A stretch of DNA of 39,576 nt from Gemmatimonadota bacterium (GTDB lineage Bacteria; Gemmatimonadota; Gemmatimonadetes; Gemmatimonadales; GWC2-71-9): contig JBDGYO010000001.1 of NCBI GenBank assembly GCA_039584015.1, forward strand, positions 1-39,576, read 5' to 3'. The position numbers were made by a program, and so were the translations under genes. Below the pieces are notes generated by a model. It did no database searches, was not told where the DNA came from, and saw only the letters and a program-made list of their open reading frames with translations. Position 1 is the first letter of the stretch. Each line of letters begins with the position of its first letter. Positions 17,825-27,507 of this stretch are shown here, piece by piece.

Positions 17825-18955
17825 CTACGCCACCGGCGCCGCTCGTCTCACCGCCTTCCGGATCGCGCTGCTGACGGGAGTGAACCTCCGCATCACGTCA
17901 CCCAAACCTCTGTTGCCGTTGGTGACCATGGCGATCGCGGCTCCGCTGCGGCGATCGCCGAACGCTACAACACAATACCCCCCACCGTGGCCCACGCACG
18001 CACGTGTGTCCCACCATCCGTACGGGTGAGGACCCAGCCACCCAAGGAGGAAGCCTCGTCCCAGCACCAGAAACGAACGCAGCGTTCGATCGAACCCAGT
18101 GACATTCGGCCTGAGATAGCGTTCCAGCGTCTCCGACCTGAGGAGACGAGTGCCATCAGCCAGCACTCCTCCCGCCAAAATCACTTCGTAGAACTCTGCC
18201 AAGACTGATGCCGTGGTGGTCATGGACGCACCCGGTACCAGGCTCGTGAGGGTGGAGGTTGCGTTCATACGTTGCTCGAAACCTGCAGCCACGTTCTGAC
18301 CCCCGAGCTGGTAGCGTTTCGGCCCGAGCCAGTAGGTGCGCGCTACAACCGCTGCGCCCTCCTGAGTCGTGCTTAGCCGAAGCGCTCTCAACCGCTTCGG
18401 GAGGATCTCGTCCAGAAAGTCCTGGAGAGATTGCCCCGTCACCCGACGTACCACCTCGCCCAGTATCCACCCGAACTCCCACGGGTGATACGCCAGCGTA
18501 CCTCTGCGGTAACGCGGTCGCGTGCTCCAAATCCGCTCCTGCACGCAATCCCAATCCGGCCAGACCTCTGGAGCATCCCAGAGCTGCGGCACCAACACAC
18601 CGCTGCGGTGGGTCAGGACGTCGAGAACCGTGATTTCTTCCTTGCCCTCGCGTCCAAACTGCGGGACATAATGCGAGACCGGCCGCCCGACGTCCAACAA
18701 CCCGCGATCCTCCAGAACCGCGACGGAGAGCGCCACGACGGGTTTCGAGGCCGACATGACCTGGAAAGGAGTCTCTGGTGTGACGGGTACCGGTTCGCCC
18801 TCCCCGGACCGCAATCCACGCGCGATCCCGACCGAGAGGTTCAGCAGCTCCCGGCCCTGCGCTCGGACAACCATCTGTCCGCCGGGGAACACGCCTCGCG
18901 CTTGCTGCTGCCGGAAGAGTCCCTGTGCCTTTTCGAGCGGAGAAATGCCAGGCAC
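17825..18955 (-). CDS. Beta-lactamase-family serine hydrolase (esterase/PBP-like)
   Basis: GTG start at 18955. S-x-x-K motif 'SASKPV', an overall class-C/EstB-like layout, and a C-terminal 'GHGGGY' region. No signal peptide is evident. Confidence 0.75.
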   Translation of the reverse strand: MPGISPLEKAQGLFRQQQARGVFPGGQMVVRAQGRELLNLSVGIARGLRSGEGEPVPVTPETPFQVMSASKPVVALSVAVLEDRGLLDVGRPVSHYVPQFGREGKEEITVLDVLTHRSGVLVPQLWDAPEVWPDWDCVQERIWSTRPRYRRGTLAYHPWEFGWILGEVVRRVTGQSLQDFLDEILPKRLRALRLSTTQEGAAVVARTYWLGPKRYQLGGQNVAAGFEQRMNATSTLTSLVPGASMTTTASVLAEFYEVILAGGVLADGTRLLRSETLERYLRPNVTGFDRTLRSFLVLGRGFLLGWLGPHPYGWWDTRACVGHGGGYCVVAFGDRRSGAAIAMVTNGNRGLGDVMRRFTPVSSAIRKAVRRAAPVA

Positions 18956-19457
18956 GTGATCCTAGCGATCTGTCATTGTGTGCAACTCCACTGACGCCAC
19001 CCTCGTCGTTCTCGCTAAGGACCCCTGAGGAACGCGTGCCAACGTTGAGAGTTTCGACGTGGATGGCCTCGTGCCCCTGGTCGTCGCTGGTACTACGCGC
19101 CACGCCCCAGCACGGTTCCCCGGGCCCACACTCCCGTTGGCGCTGCAGCGTGCGGTTATCACGTCCACGGTGCAACCGCCTACTCGTTGCCCTGCTCTGA
19201 GGCCCGTTCACCGCACAACGGTACCGCTCACCGAAGGACAGCGATGGTTGTGAAACCTCCATCTCATCGCGGTCGTCGTGCTAGGTGTGGATCATCCTTC
19301 ACTTGATACGCCCGAGGCAACCGAGTGTGGCTTGAGCCAACAGCAGACGTCTGTGCCCACCTCCACGTACGTCGCTGCGTCCACACTCACGGGCATCCAT
19401 CGGAAGCCGGACTGTCTGGTTGGATTATGGCACATTGGATGTGCAGCAGGAGGTCTT

Positions 19458-20894
19458 ATGGACAAGAGAGTATTCCCCGTGCTGCTGCTTATTGCGGCAG
19501 TGTTGCTACCGGACGCCCTTGCGCAGAGTGCAGAAGGAACCATCGCCCGGTCTATCGAGGCCCGTGGCGGCCTGGCAGCTCTCCAGGCACGGCAATTCGC
19601 AACGGAACTGAGGGTCACTGCCACTCCATCCGTAGCTCTCTTCGGAGAGCCCTTTTCCTGGAACGTCGCGGGCCTTCAACCCGGAGAAAGAGTGACGCTG
19701 AAAGCTCTTTCCACGGACGCGCGCGGGATTCTTTGGGCCTCAGAAGCCGTCTTCCAAGCCGACTCCGCCGGAGCGGTCGACGTGGGCCGCCAAGCGCCTA
19801 TCTCAGGCGGCTATGCGGAGGCGGATATCTTCGGGCTTCTCTGGTCCATGAAAGCCACCAACTCCGACCACGACCAACCCGTTGCCTACCGCCATAACTG
19901 GGTAACCGGCTGGATGGTGGAGCTGACAGCTACGAATTCCATTGGGACCACGGCCACGACCAGGTTTCGTTGCGTCTTTCAAAGGCCGGGCGAAGCCTTG
20001 GTCCGCGTCCCTCTTGAACAAGACGGCCTAAGAGGTCTTCTATACCATCCGGTGGAAGGTGGTCCGTTCCCTGGAGTCATCATCCTCGGGGGATCCGAGG
20101 GTGGGCTGTTAGAAGGATTGGCCCAGGCCTTCGCAGCCAACGGCTTTGCGGCTTTGACATTGGCCTGGTTCCGGTATCAAGGCCTGCCCCGGGAGCTTGT
20201 TGAGATTCCCCTCGAGTACTTCGACCGGGCTGCCGCCTGGATGGAGGCTCAACCCGAGGTAAGAGCAGGAGGGCTCGGATTGATAGGGGGATCCAAGGGA
20301 GGCGAAGCGGCCCTGATCGCGGCCTCCCGGAATAGCGCTTTTCGGGCCGTCGTCGCCATGACCCCGGCGGCCCACATGTGGGAAGGGCACACCCTGAGGT
20401 TCTTTTCGCCGGAATACATACCGGTGTCTTCGTGGAGTCTCGGAGGACGACCGCTCGCCTTCATCTCCTTCAAGGTTTCTCCCCAGGATAAGGAGAGGGA
20501 AATGAGGGGCGAACTCTCCTCCTTCGTCAGTTTCTTCCGTGATGCCCTGACCGAGGCCGATCCGGCCACAATCACGAGGGCGGTGATTCCCGTCGAGAAT
20601 ATCGCCGGTTCAATCCTGCTCATATCGGGGACCGACGACCAGATCTGGCCGTCAGGAGAGTTTTGCGCCGCCATCGTGAACAGGCTAGAGCAGGCCAGGT
20701 TCCCCTACGATGTCGAGCATCTCAGCATCGAGAACGGCGGCCACGTGTCCGTCCTCCCCTTCCTGATCACGGCCAATCGCGGCCTGCTCATCGACGGCGA
20801 ACCCAGCGGCGGGTCGCCACAGGCAGATGCCCGGGGAGGCTACCGGTCGTGGGCGGAAACCATCGCCTTCTTCCACCGCCACTTGGACCGATGA
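19458..20894 (+). CDS. Secreted acyl-CoA thioesterase/BAAT-family hydrolase
   Basis: AGGAGG lies 4-5 nt upstream of ATG 19458. Signal peptide 'MDKRVFPVLLLIAAVLLPDALAQ'. An N-terminal beta-sandwich region is followed by a C-terminal alpha/beta-hydrolase with 'GGSKGGE' (GxSxG), 'GTDDQIWP' and 'NGGH'. The ORF-track start 19278 is rejected. Confidence 0.7.
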   Translation: MDKRVFPVLLLIAAVLLPDALAQSAEGTIARSIEARGGLAALQARQFATELRVTATPSVALFGEPFSWNVAGLQPGERVTLKALSTDARGILWASEAVFQADSAGAVDVGRQAPISGGYAEADIFGLLWSMKATNSDHDQPVAYRHNWVTGWMVELTATNSIGTTATTRFRCVFQRPGEALVRVPLEQDGLRGLLYHPVEGGPFPGVIILGGSEGGLLEGLAQAFAANGFAALTLAWFRYQGLPRELVEIPLEYFDRAAAWMEAQPEVRAGGLGLIGGSKGGEAALIAASRNSAFRAVVAMTPAAHMWEGHTLRFFSPEYIPVSSWSLGGRPLAFISFKVSPQDKEREMRGELSSFVSFFRDALTEADPATITRAVIPVENIAGSILLISGTDDQIWPSGEFCAAIVNRLEQARFPYDVEHLSIENGGHVSVLPFLITANRGLLIDGEPSGGSPQADARGGYRSWAETIAFFHRHLDR

Positions 20895-21116
20895 TGGCGA
20901 GACTTCATCAAATCCCCGACACTCCGAAATCTCCGATTGAGTGGCGACGGTCTGGCATTCGTGCTCCTCCCGGCCATGGAGCTCTCGGCCAGCTTCGGCG
21001 GGAAGGTCCTGTCGAACCTGACCACGATCGATGTGGGTGAAGGAATCCACTATCTGCAGGAGGACCACCCGCACGAGATCGGGGAAGGAATCGCGAAGTG
21101 GTATCGGGGGCTGTAG
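20895..21116 (+). pseudogene. C-terminal relic of a haloalkane-dehalogenase-type alpha/beta-hydrolase
   Basis: The translation '...TTIDVGEGIHYLQEDHPHEIGEGIAKWYRGL*' closely parallels dehalogenase C-termini ('[26 protein letters not shown]'), including the catalytic His. The nucleophile-bearing N-terminal two-thirds is absent. Confidence 0.55.
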
Positions 21117-21276
21117 CCGTCCTCGCATGACGGATGGTGGGGTGTTTTCTCTCAGGATTTGAATGACCGGCTGGCGGCTCCCCGCACCAGCGTGCAGTGT
21201 AGCAGCACGCCGGAGATCGAGAGCAGAGCTGCTCCGGGCGAGGCTCGACACGTGGAGGTCTGAGGGAGGACACGAT

Positions 21277-23553
21277 ATGCCGCGCTCACGCTGCACTGCG
21301 CCACGACCGCGCGGTGTTGTCACACTTCTGGCGATGCTGGCGGCGTCGGGTGTGCGCCCGCTCGCCGCACAGGAAACGCAGCTTCCAGAGATCGAGTTGC
21401 GACCAGGCCTCGTGATCACCACGTCAGTACGTGTCACGCCCGCGACCTACCGGCTTGGGGCACCCGCCTCACCGGACTCGGCGCTCATCGTTGTGCTGGG
21501 CGACAACATCACCGTGGACTTCGCTGGGGCACGGCTCGAGGGAACGCCCGCGGGTGCCCCACCGGACAGCGCCAGCGGGGTGGCCGTCCGCATTGACGGC
21601 GGGCGCAACATCCGCATCGAGAACGCACACATTCACGGATACCGGTTTGCGATCCTGGCACGCGGGACACGCGGACTGACGCTCGTGAACAACGACGTGA
21701 GCTATACCTGGAAGCCCCGCCTGTTCAGCCTCGTGGAGCACGAAAGCCTGTTAGACTGGCTCTCCTACCATCACAACGACGAGGGCGAGTGGCTCCGGTT
21801 CGGAGCTGGCCTCTACCTCGACGGCGTCCGGGGCGGAGAGATCTCGGGCAACCGCGCCGTACAAGGGATGAACGGTCTGCTCGCGACAGGCAGCGACTCG
21901 CTGCGTATCCACGGCAACGAGTTCGCATTCAACTCGGGCCTCGGGATCGGCCTGTACCGGTCGAGCCGCAATGTCGTCATGCACAACCGGCTCGACTACA
22001 ATGTCCGCGGCTACAGCCATGGGTTCTATCAGCGCGGCCAAGACTCGGCGGGACTGCTCCTCTATGAACAGAGCCAGCACAACGTCATCGCCTACAACTC
22101 GGCCACGCACAGTGGCGACGGACTGTTCATGTGGGCCGGCCAGACGACGATGGACTCCGGCACCGGCGGCGTGAACGACAATCTGGTATACGGCAACGAC
22201 TTCAGCTTCGCGCCCACGAACGGCATGGAAGCCACGTTCAGCCGCAACACGCTCGTCGCCAACCGCTCGGTCGGCAGCACATACGGCCTGTGGGGCGGCT
22301 ACAGCTTTGGCTCGCGCATCGTCGGCAACTGCTTCGGCGGAAACCGGTACGGGATCGCCATCGAGCACGGCCAGGAGAATCTCATCGCCTACAACCGGTT
22401 CGACGCCGACTCCGTCGCCGTGCGGCTGTGGTCCAACCCCAGCGAGCCGGCCGATTGGGGATATCCGAAGTACCGCGACACACGAAGCCGCGCACATCGG
22501 GTGGAGAGCAACGTGTTCAGCGGCAACCGCGTCGGGGTTCGCGGAACGCGTACCGAGAACCTTCGGGTCGTGGCCAACACGTTCGCGAGCGTCGACTCCG
22601 TCGCGGTGCTGCGCGACACCACCGGGTATACGGCCGCAGACAACGTGGTCAGACAGACAGCCGTCGATCCGCCAGAAGACATCCAACAGTGCCGGCTGAA
22701 CGTGCCGAGCGACGTTAGCGACCTCGCTCCGCCGCCGCTCAGGAGCAGTTCAGAGGTGCCGCGTTCTCCCCTTTCCCGGCGGGACCGATCCTCCATCATC
22801 GTGGACACGTGGGGCCCGTACGATTGGCGATCACCCAAGCTCTGGCCGGTCGACAGCACTCGCGCCGTGCCGCTCCGTCTCGCCGTGCTGGGCCCGGCGG
22901 GCAGTTGGCGAGTCGTCGATCGGCTAGGAATCCTGAGCGTCTCCCCCGCCGTCGGCGCGACCGGCGACACGATCATGGTGACGCCCGCACCGACAGCGAC
23001 GACCGACTGGAGTCTCACGCTCGAGTACCGGGGTGAAGCGACCATCTCGCCGCGGGGCCACCAGCGTCCCACCGGGGAACCGTACCGCTTCCGCTATGCC
23101 CGGTACGAGCCGGCTCAGGCCTGGGCGGTACGCTTCCACATCTGGAGTGACAGTACCCACCCGGTGGATCACCCGGAGGCGTTCGCGCACCTGCTCGAGT
23201 CCGATCCGCACCTCACTCGTGCGCTCCCACGGCTCGACTTCCAATGGTACCGGCCGACGATCATGGACGTGCCGCGCGAACGATGGGCCCTGCAGGCCAC
23301 CAGCGAGATGGACCTCCGCCCAGGGACGTACACACTCCGCACGATCAGTGACGACGCCGTCCGAGTGTGGGTCGACGACTCGCTCGTGATTGACCATTGG
23401 GAGCCACACGGGTCCGCCCTCGCGTTCGCTTCCCTCGAGGGTGGCCGCCATGTGCTGCGGGTGCAGTACTACCAGAACCGCGGGTGGACCGAACTGCGGC
23501 TAGAGATCCTGCGTGGAGTCACGCGGTCGCAGGGCTCGCCCGGTCCGCACTGA
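21277..23553 (+). CDS. Secreted right-handed parallel beta-helix protein with C-terminal PA14 domain
   Basis: GAGGGAGGA lies upstream of ATG 21277. Signal 'VVTLLAMLAASGVRPLAAQ'. Repeated 'N...N.I.GN' beta-helix turns. C-terminal 'PGTYTLRTISDDAVRVWVDDSLVIDHW...VLRVQYYQNRGWTELRLE' is typical of PA14. Confidence 0.75.
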   Translation: MPRSRCTAPRPRGVVTLLAMLAASGVRPLAAQETQLPEIELRPGLVITTSVRVTPATYRLGAPASPDSALIVVLGDNITVDFAGARLEGTPAGAPPDSASGVAVRIDGGRNIRIENAHIHGYRFAILARGTRGLTLVNNDVSYTWKPRLFSLVEHESLLDWLSYHHNDEGEWLRFGAGLYLDGVRGGEISGNRAVQGMNGLLATGSDSLRIHGNEFAFNSGLGIGLYRSSRNVVMHNRLDYNVRGYSHGFYQRGQDSAGLLLYEQSQHNVIAYNSATHSGDGLFMWAGQTTMDSGTGGVNDNLVYGNDFSFAPTNGMEATFSRNTLVANRSVGSTYGLWGGYSFGSRIVGNCFGGNRYGIAIEHGQENLIAYNRFDADSVAVRLWSNPSEPADWGYPKYRDTRSRAHRVESNVFSGNRVGVRGTRTENLRVVANTFASVDSVAVLRDTTGYTAADNVVRQTAVDPPEDIQQCRLNVPSDVSDLAPPPLRSSSEVPRSPLSRRDRSSIIVDTWGPYDWRSPKLWPVDSTRAVPLRLAVLGPAGSWRVVDRLGILSVSPAVGATGDTIMVTPAPTATTDWSLTLEYRGEATISPRGHQRPTGEPYRFRYARYEPAQAWAVRFHIWSDSTHPVDHPEAFAHLLESDPHLTRALPRLDFQWYRPTIMDVPRERWALQATSEMDLRPGTYTLRTISDDAVRVWVDDSLVIDHWEPHGSALAFASLEGGRHVLRVQYYQNRGWTELRLEILRGVTRSQGSPGPH

Positions 23554-23584
23554 CGGCACCCATGGCGACGGGGCCCGGGTGCCG
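23554..23584 (+). terminator. GC-rich stem-loop immediately after the beta-helix gene stop
   Basis: CGGCACCC (23554-23561) pairs with GGGTGCCG (23577-23584) around a 15-nt loop. No U-tract follows. Confidence 0.3.
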
Positions 23585-23627
23585 CAGTATGCCCCTCCAA
23601 CCGGACAGCCTCCAGGCAGCCCTCCGC

Positions 23628-23658
23628 TTGACGTAAGGTGCTGCTGCGTGCTTAGAAT
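23628..23658 (+). promoter_or_regulatory. Sigma-70-like promoter candidate for the methyltransferase/kinase genes
   Basis: TTGACG (23628-23633), an 18-19 nt spacer, then TTAGAAT (23652-23658) preceded by TG. It lies about 36 nt upstream of ATG 23694. Confidence 0.4.
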
Positions 23659-23693
23659 TCAGTAGCGAGCCCGCGGCGCCGGTATGAGCCACC

Positions 23694-24539
23694 ATGCCGG
23701 GCCGAGACGGTCGATGGTTGGGGAGGCGTACGGTGCCCGTCAGGCATCCATCGATGAGGCAGCATTTCGCGGCGCTCGCGCCGCAGTATCGCGACCTACG
23801 TGACCTGGACATGCGAGCGGTTCGTCGTGTGGCCGGCCTCCTACGGGGTATCGTCGCATCTCAATCCAGCCTCAGCCTGCTCGACGTCGGAACGGGTACC
23901 GGCCGCTACACCCAAGCGGTGCTCCATCAGCTAGCCCGGGACGGCGCCTGGCGTTCACGCGTCGTTGCCGTCGACGCCACACGCGAGATGCTCGGCGCCT
24001 TGGGCGCGCACCTCCCGTTCGAGGTCGTGTCGGTGCAGCGGGTGATCGCCCTCGCGGAAGGCCTCCCGCTCGCGGTCGGCGCGTTTGACGCGCTCCTGTC
24101 GTTCAATGCCGTGCACCACTTCGACCTGCCCGCGTTCCTGCACGAGGCAGCACGCGTCGTGCGCCGGTCGGGCAGGCTGCTCCTCTACACGCGCACCCCG
24201 GAGCAGAATCGCCGCACGGTGTGGGGACGGTTCTTTCCGGACTTCGCCGCACGGGAGACGCGGCTCCATTCCGAAGCGACGCTCCGGGCGGCCGTAGCGG
24301 CCACAGGGTGCTTCCGACCCATCCAGCTCCTCCCGCTGCGGTGGGTGGTCCGGACGAGCCTGGCGCGGCTGCTCGACCAGGCCCGCCTGCGGTTCTATTC
24401 GACGTTTGAGCTCTACACGCCGCGGGAGTTGGCGGCAGCACTCGGTGCGTTCGAGCGCCGCGTACGGGCGCACTACCAAGACCCTGCGGCCATCACCGCC
24501 CGGCACGACCACCTGCTCGTGCACGCGACCCGCCGCTGA
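23694..24539 (+). CDS. Class I SAM-dependent methyltransferase
   Basis: Motif I 'LLDVGTGTGRYT', post-I 'VVAVDATREML', and 'FDALLSFNAVHHF'. The start is uncertain; ATG 23754 is an alternative. Confidence 0.75.
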   Translation: MPGRDGRWLGRRTVPVRHPSMRQHFAALAPQYRDLRDLDMRAVRRVAGLLRGIVASQSSLSLLDVGTGTGRYTQAVLHQLARDGAWRSRVVAVDATREMLGALGAHLPFEVVSVQRVIALAEGLPLAVGAFDALLSFNAVHHFDLPAFLHEAARVVRRSGRLLLYTRTPEQNRRTVWGRFFPDFAARETRLHSEATLRAAVAATGCFRPIQLLPLRWVVRTSLARLLDQARLRFYSTFELYTPRELAAALGAFERRVRAHYQDPAAITARHDHLLVHATRR

Positions 24540-24647
24540 CATTCACCGACCGCCCGGAGGCGCCCTCGCACCACCCACCCCTCCTCTAGCGGCCCCCTCC
24601 ACGGCGCCGTACCATAAGGATTCGCCACCCGGGGGGACGGTGGTGGC

Positions 24648-27479
24648 ATGGACATCACAGCAGGGCTGAGCGTGCTACTCGCCGGGCGGTACGAGCTTGA
24701 GCGGGTACTCGGACACGGCGCGATGGCGGTGGTCTACCTCGCCCGTGACCTGAAGCACGAGCGCCTGGTCGCCATCAAGGTGCTGCGCCCCGAGCTCGCG
24801 GCCTCCCTGGGAGGCGAGCGCTTTCTGCGCGAGATCCAAATTGCCGCCCCGCTGCAACACCCCCACATCCTGCCGCTGTACGACTCCGGCGCCGGCGACG
24901 GCCTGATGTACTACGTCATGCCGTACGTCGAGGGCGAGAGCCTGCGCGACCGGCTGAACCGGGAGGGGCAACTCCCCCTGCCCGACGCGCTGCGCATCTC
25001 GCGTGAGGTGGCGGAGGCCCTCAGCTACGCCCACAGCCACGACGTGATCCACCGCGACATCAAGCCCGAGAACGTGATGATCACGGGCGAGCACGCGGTG
25101 GTGGCCGACTTCGGCATCGCCCGGGCGGTGACGGCAGCCGCGCACCAACCGCTCACCGAGACGGGGCTGGCCATCGGCACGCCGGCGTACATGAGCCCGG
25201 AGCAGGCCACCGGCGCGACCAAGCTGGACGGGCGCTCCGACGTGTACGCCCTGGGCTGTGTGCTGTACGAGATGCTCGTAGGTGAGCCCCCGTTCACCGG
25301 GCCGACGGCGCAGGCGGTCATCGCGCGGCACGTGAGCGAGCACGCCCCCTCGGTGCGGGTGGTGCGGGAGGCGGTGCCGGAGGAGCTGGAGGAGGTGATC
25401 GACAAGACACTCGCCAAGACACCGGCCGACCGCTTTACCAGCGCCACGCAACTCGCCCAGACCATCGGGGCGCTGGAGACAGGCGAGTACAAGCGTGTGC
25501 CCGCCCGCATCAGGCAGCGCCGCCGGGTGGGCATCGTCGGGGTAGCGCTCATCGTAGCCTCAATCGTTGCGCTGCGACTGATCTTCCCTCCCGAGCCGAC
25601 ACTCGAGCGCAACCGCATCGTGGTGTACCCGCTGGTCGTGAGCGGCGAGTACCAGGGAGACCGGGGAGGCGGCGAGCGCGTGGCGCTGGCCGTGGGCTAC
25701 GCCCTGGAGAGTACCGGTCTGTTTCGCTGGACCGACGGATGGAGCCTGCTCGGCGTCGACGCACGGGAGGACGTGCGGACCCTCTCCGAGGACGACGCGC
25801 GCGACCTCGCCCGGGAGCAGGCGGCCGGCTACTTCATCGACGGCCGCGTGGTGCCGCGCGGGGACTCGGTCGACATCATGCTGGCGCTGCACGACGTCGC
25901 CGCCGATTCCGTCGTCCTGTGGAGCAGCGCGGCTGGGGTGCCGGGTGAAGACTGGCACCTCGGCCTTCTCGCGCTCAACGAGCTGCTTCCGGAGATCACG
26001 GGAGAGCGCGTCGGGGTCGGCTGGCTGACTGACCACGCGACCACCGCGGTGGCGCACTTCCTCCAGGGGGAGCAGGAGTACCGCCGCTCGCACTTCGGCC
26101 TCGCACTGGACCACTACGACCGCGCGGTGGCCATCGACTCGACACTCGCGATCGCCGCCCTGCGTGGCGCGCAGGCGGCGAGCTGGATACGCGAGCCCGA
26201 CCGGGCGGAGGCGCTCGTGGCGGTCACGCTGGCCCGAGAGCCAATGCTCCCTGCAGAGCAGATCCTGTTTGCGCGCGGCCTCGAGTCCTACTTCACCGGC
26301 GCAGCCGATACCGCGGTGTGGTACCTGAGGGAGGCGCTGGCCCACGACCCGGAGTGGCGTGACGTGTGGATGGCGCTGGGCGAGGTCTACCACCACTTCT
26401 TGCCCAACGAGTCCCCACTCGATTCCCTCGCCGAAGCTGCGTTCGCAACGGCGCGCCAGCTCGATACCGCGTTTACGCCGCCGCTGTATCACCTGACGGA
26501 GTTCGCCATTCTTGGGGGGGACCTCGAGGCAGCTCGCGACATGCTGGACCGGTTCAGCCGGGAGTCGCCCGATACGTCGCTCACCCAGCAGCTGTTCCTC
26601 ATGTACGACTGCGTGGCCCGCGGGGACGAGGTGGTGGACTGGCAACGCGCCACGCGGGAGACACCGCTCGCTGTGCTGCGAGCGGCCGACGCGCTCGTGG
26701 CTGCGGGCGCGCAGCCCGCCTGTGGGGAGCGCGCCTTCGAGGCGGTGCTGCGGCACGACGGGCCCGACGCGGGGGGCCGACGCTGGGGCGCCATGTACGG
26801 GCTGCAGAGCCTCCTGGTCGCGCAGGGCCGCTACGACGAGGCCGGTCGGCTGCTCGACTCGGCCGCGGCGACCGGCGACGGCACGGTTCCCCCGCTGTAT
26901 GTGCTGGACGCGGCCGCGGGTGCGCCGCTCGAGGCGCAGGCGACGGCATACATCGCCGAGCGGTATGGCCGCCCCGGCGAGATCGCGAGCCCCAACCTCT
27001 GGGTACTGGGGATCTGGCACGCGCACCTCGGGAACGCCGCGGAGCTCGAGGCGGTCGCCGACACCCTTGCCGGGCGCGCGGCCACCACGGACGCTCGCAT
27101 GGATCGGCTCCTGGCCGAGGCCACGGCGGCGCTAGCGGCACTGGCCCGCGCCGATACGGCGGAGGCGCTCGACCGCCTCAAGGCCCTGCGGCCGAGCGCG
27201 CGGAGTGGGCCGCTCGCAGGATTCCCGTGGGAGTCGCTCGGGCCGGAACGAATGGCATTGGCGGAGCTGCTGTTCGCCCGCGGGGAACTCGAACAGGCGG
27301 CGACCGTGGCGGCGAGCTTCGACTCCCCCGCCCCGGTGTCGTATCTGCTGTACCTGCCGGCCAGTCTATCACTGCGACTGCGCGTCGCCGAGGCGCGGGG
27401 CGACGCCGCGGGCGTGGAGGAGTATAGGAAGAGGCTAGTTGCACTAGGGCGGTACGACCTCGCTGGCCTCGTGCCGTGA
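24648..27479 (+). CDS. Membrane Ser/Thr protein kinase with a large extracytoplasmic sensor and TPR-like helical-repeat region
   Basis: Kinase motifs 'GHGAMAVVYLA', 'VAIKVL', 'HRDIKPENV', 'DFG' and 'GTPAYMSPE'. Single TM 'VGIVGVALIVASIVALRLIF'. It is followed by about 630 aa with an alpha/beta N-terminal part and Ala/Leu-rich helical repeats. Confidence 0.85.
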   Translation: MDITAGLSVLLAGRYELERVLGHGAMAVVYLARDLKHERLVAIKVLRPELAASLGGERFLREIQIAAPLQHPHILPLYDSGAGDGLMYYVMPYVEGESLRDRLNREGQLPLPDALRISREVAEALSYAHSHDVIHRDIKPENVMITGEHAVVADFGIARAVTAAAHQPLTETGLAIGTPAYMSPEQATGATKLDGRSDVYALGCVLYEMLVGEPPFTGPTAQAVIARHVSEHAPSVRVVREAVPEELEEVIDKTLAKTPADRFTSATQLAQTIGALETGEYKRVPARIRQRRRVGIVGVALIVASIVALRLIFPPEPTLERNRIVVYPLVVSGEYQGDRGGGERVALAVGYALESTGLFRWTDGWSLLGVDAREDVRTLSEDDARDLAREQAAGYFIDGRVVPRGDSVDIMLALHDVAADSVVLWSSAAGVPGEDWHLGLLALNELLPEITGERVGVGWLTDHATTAVAHFLQGEQEYRRSHFGLALDHYDRAVAIDSTLAIAALRGAQAASWIREPDRAEALVAVTLAREPMLPAEQILFARGLESYFTGAADTAVWYLREALAHDPEWRDVWMALGEVYHHFLPNESPLDSLAEAAFATARQLDTAFTPPLYHLTEFAILGGDLEAARDMLDRFSRESPDTSLTQQLFLMYDCVARGDEVVDWQRATRETPLAVLRAADALVAAGAQPACGERAFEAVLRHDGPDAGGRRWGAMYGLQSLLVAQGRYDEAGRLLDSAAATGDGTVPPLYVLDAAAGAPLEAQATAYIAERYGRPGEIASPNLWVLGIWHAHLGNAAELEAVADTLAGRAATTDARMDRLLAEATAALAALARADTAEALDRLKALRPSARSGPLAGFPWESLGPERMALAELLFARGELEQAATVAASFDSPAPVSYLLYLPASLSLRLRVAEARGDAAGVEEYRKRLVALGRYDLAGLVP

Positions 27480-27507
27480 TGCAGGTTCTCATGCGTGGAG
27501 GTGTGCC

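Noticed and set aside
18156-19262. 368-aa ORF on the - strand
   Set aside because: It overlaps the serine-hydrolase gene out of frame. The non-overlapping part (18956-19262) has only about 67% third-position GC by hand count and no recognisable motifs.
18956-19457. 500-bp divergent spacer searched for a hidden gene or RNA
   Set aside because: The frames I checked by hand (two - strand, two + strand) show only about 67% third-position GC or Arg/Pro-rich, non-protein-like translations, and no motifs. I recognised no tRNA-like or riboswitch-like structure, though I cannot exclude a small RNA without a covariance-model scan.
20892-20894. TGA between the BAAT gene and the in-frame dehalogenase relic as programmed read-through or selenocysteine
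   Set aside because: The downstream fragment lacks the nucleophile half of its fold, so a fusion would be non-functional. No SECIS-like hairpin is evident immediately downstream. Sharing a frame has a one-in-three chance.
20685-21437. 250-aa ORF on the - strand spanning the BAAT 3' end, the dehalogenase relic and the beta-helix gene start
   Set aside because: It is antisense to three better-supported + strand elements, and its sequence is low-complexity.
21751-22718. ORFs 21751..22686 (-) and 22131..22718 (+) inside the beta-helix gene
   Set aside because: They are shadow frames of a gene with clear repeat structure and a PA14 domain.
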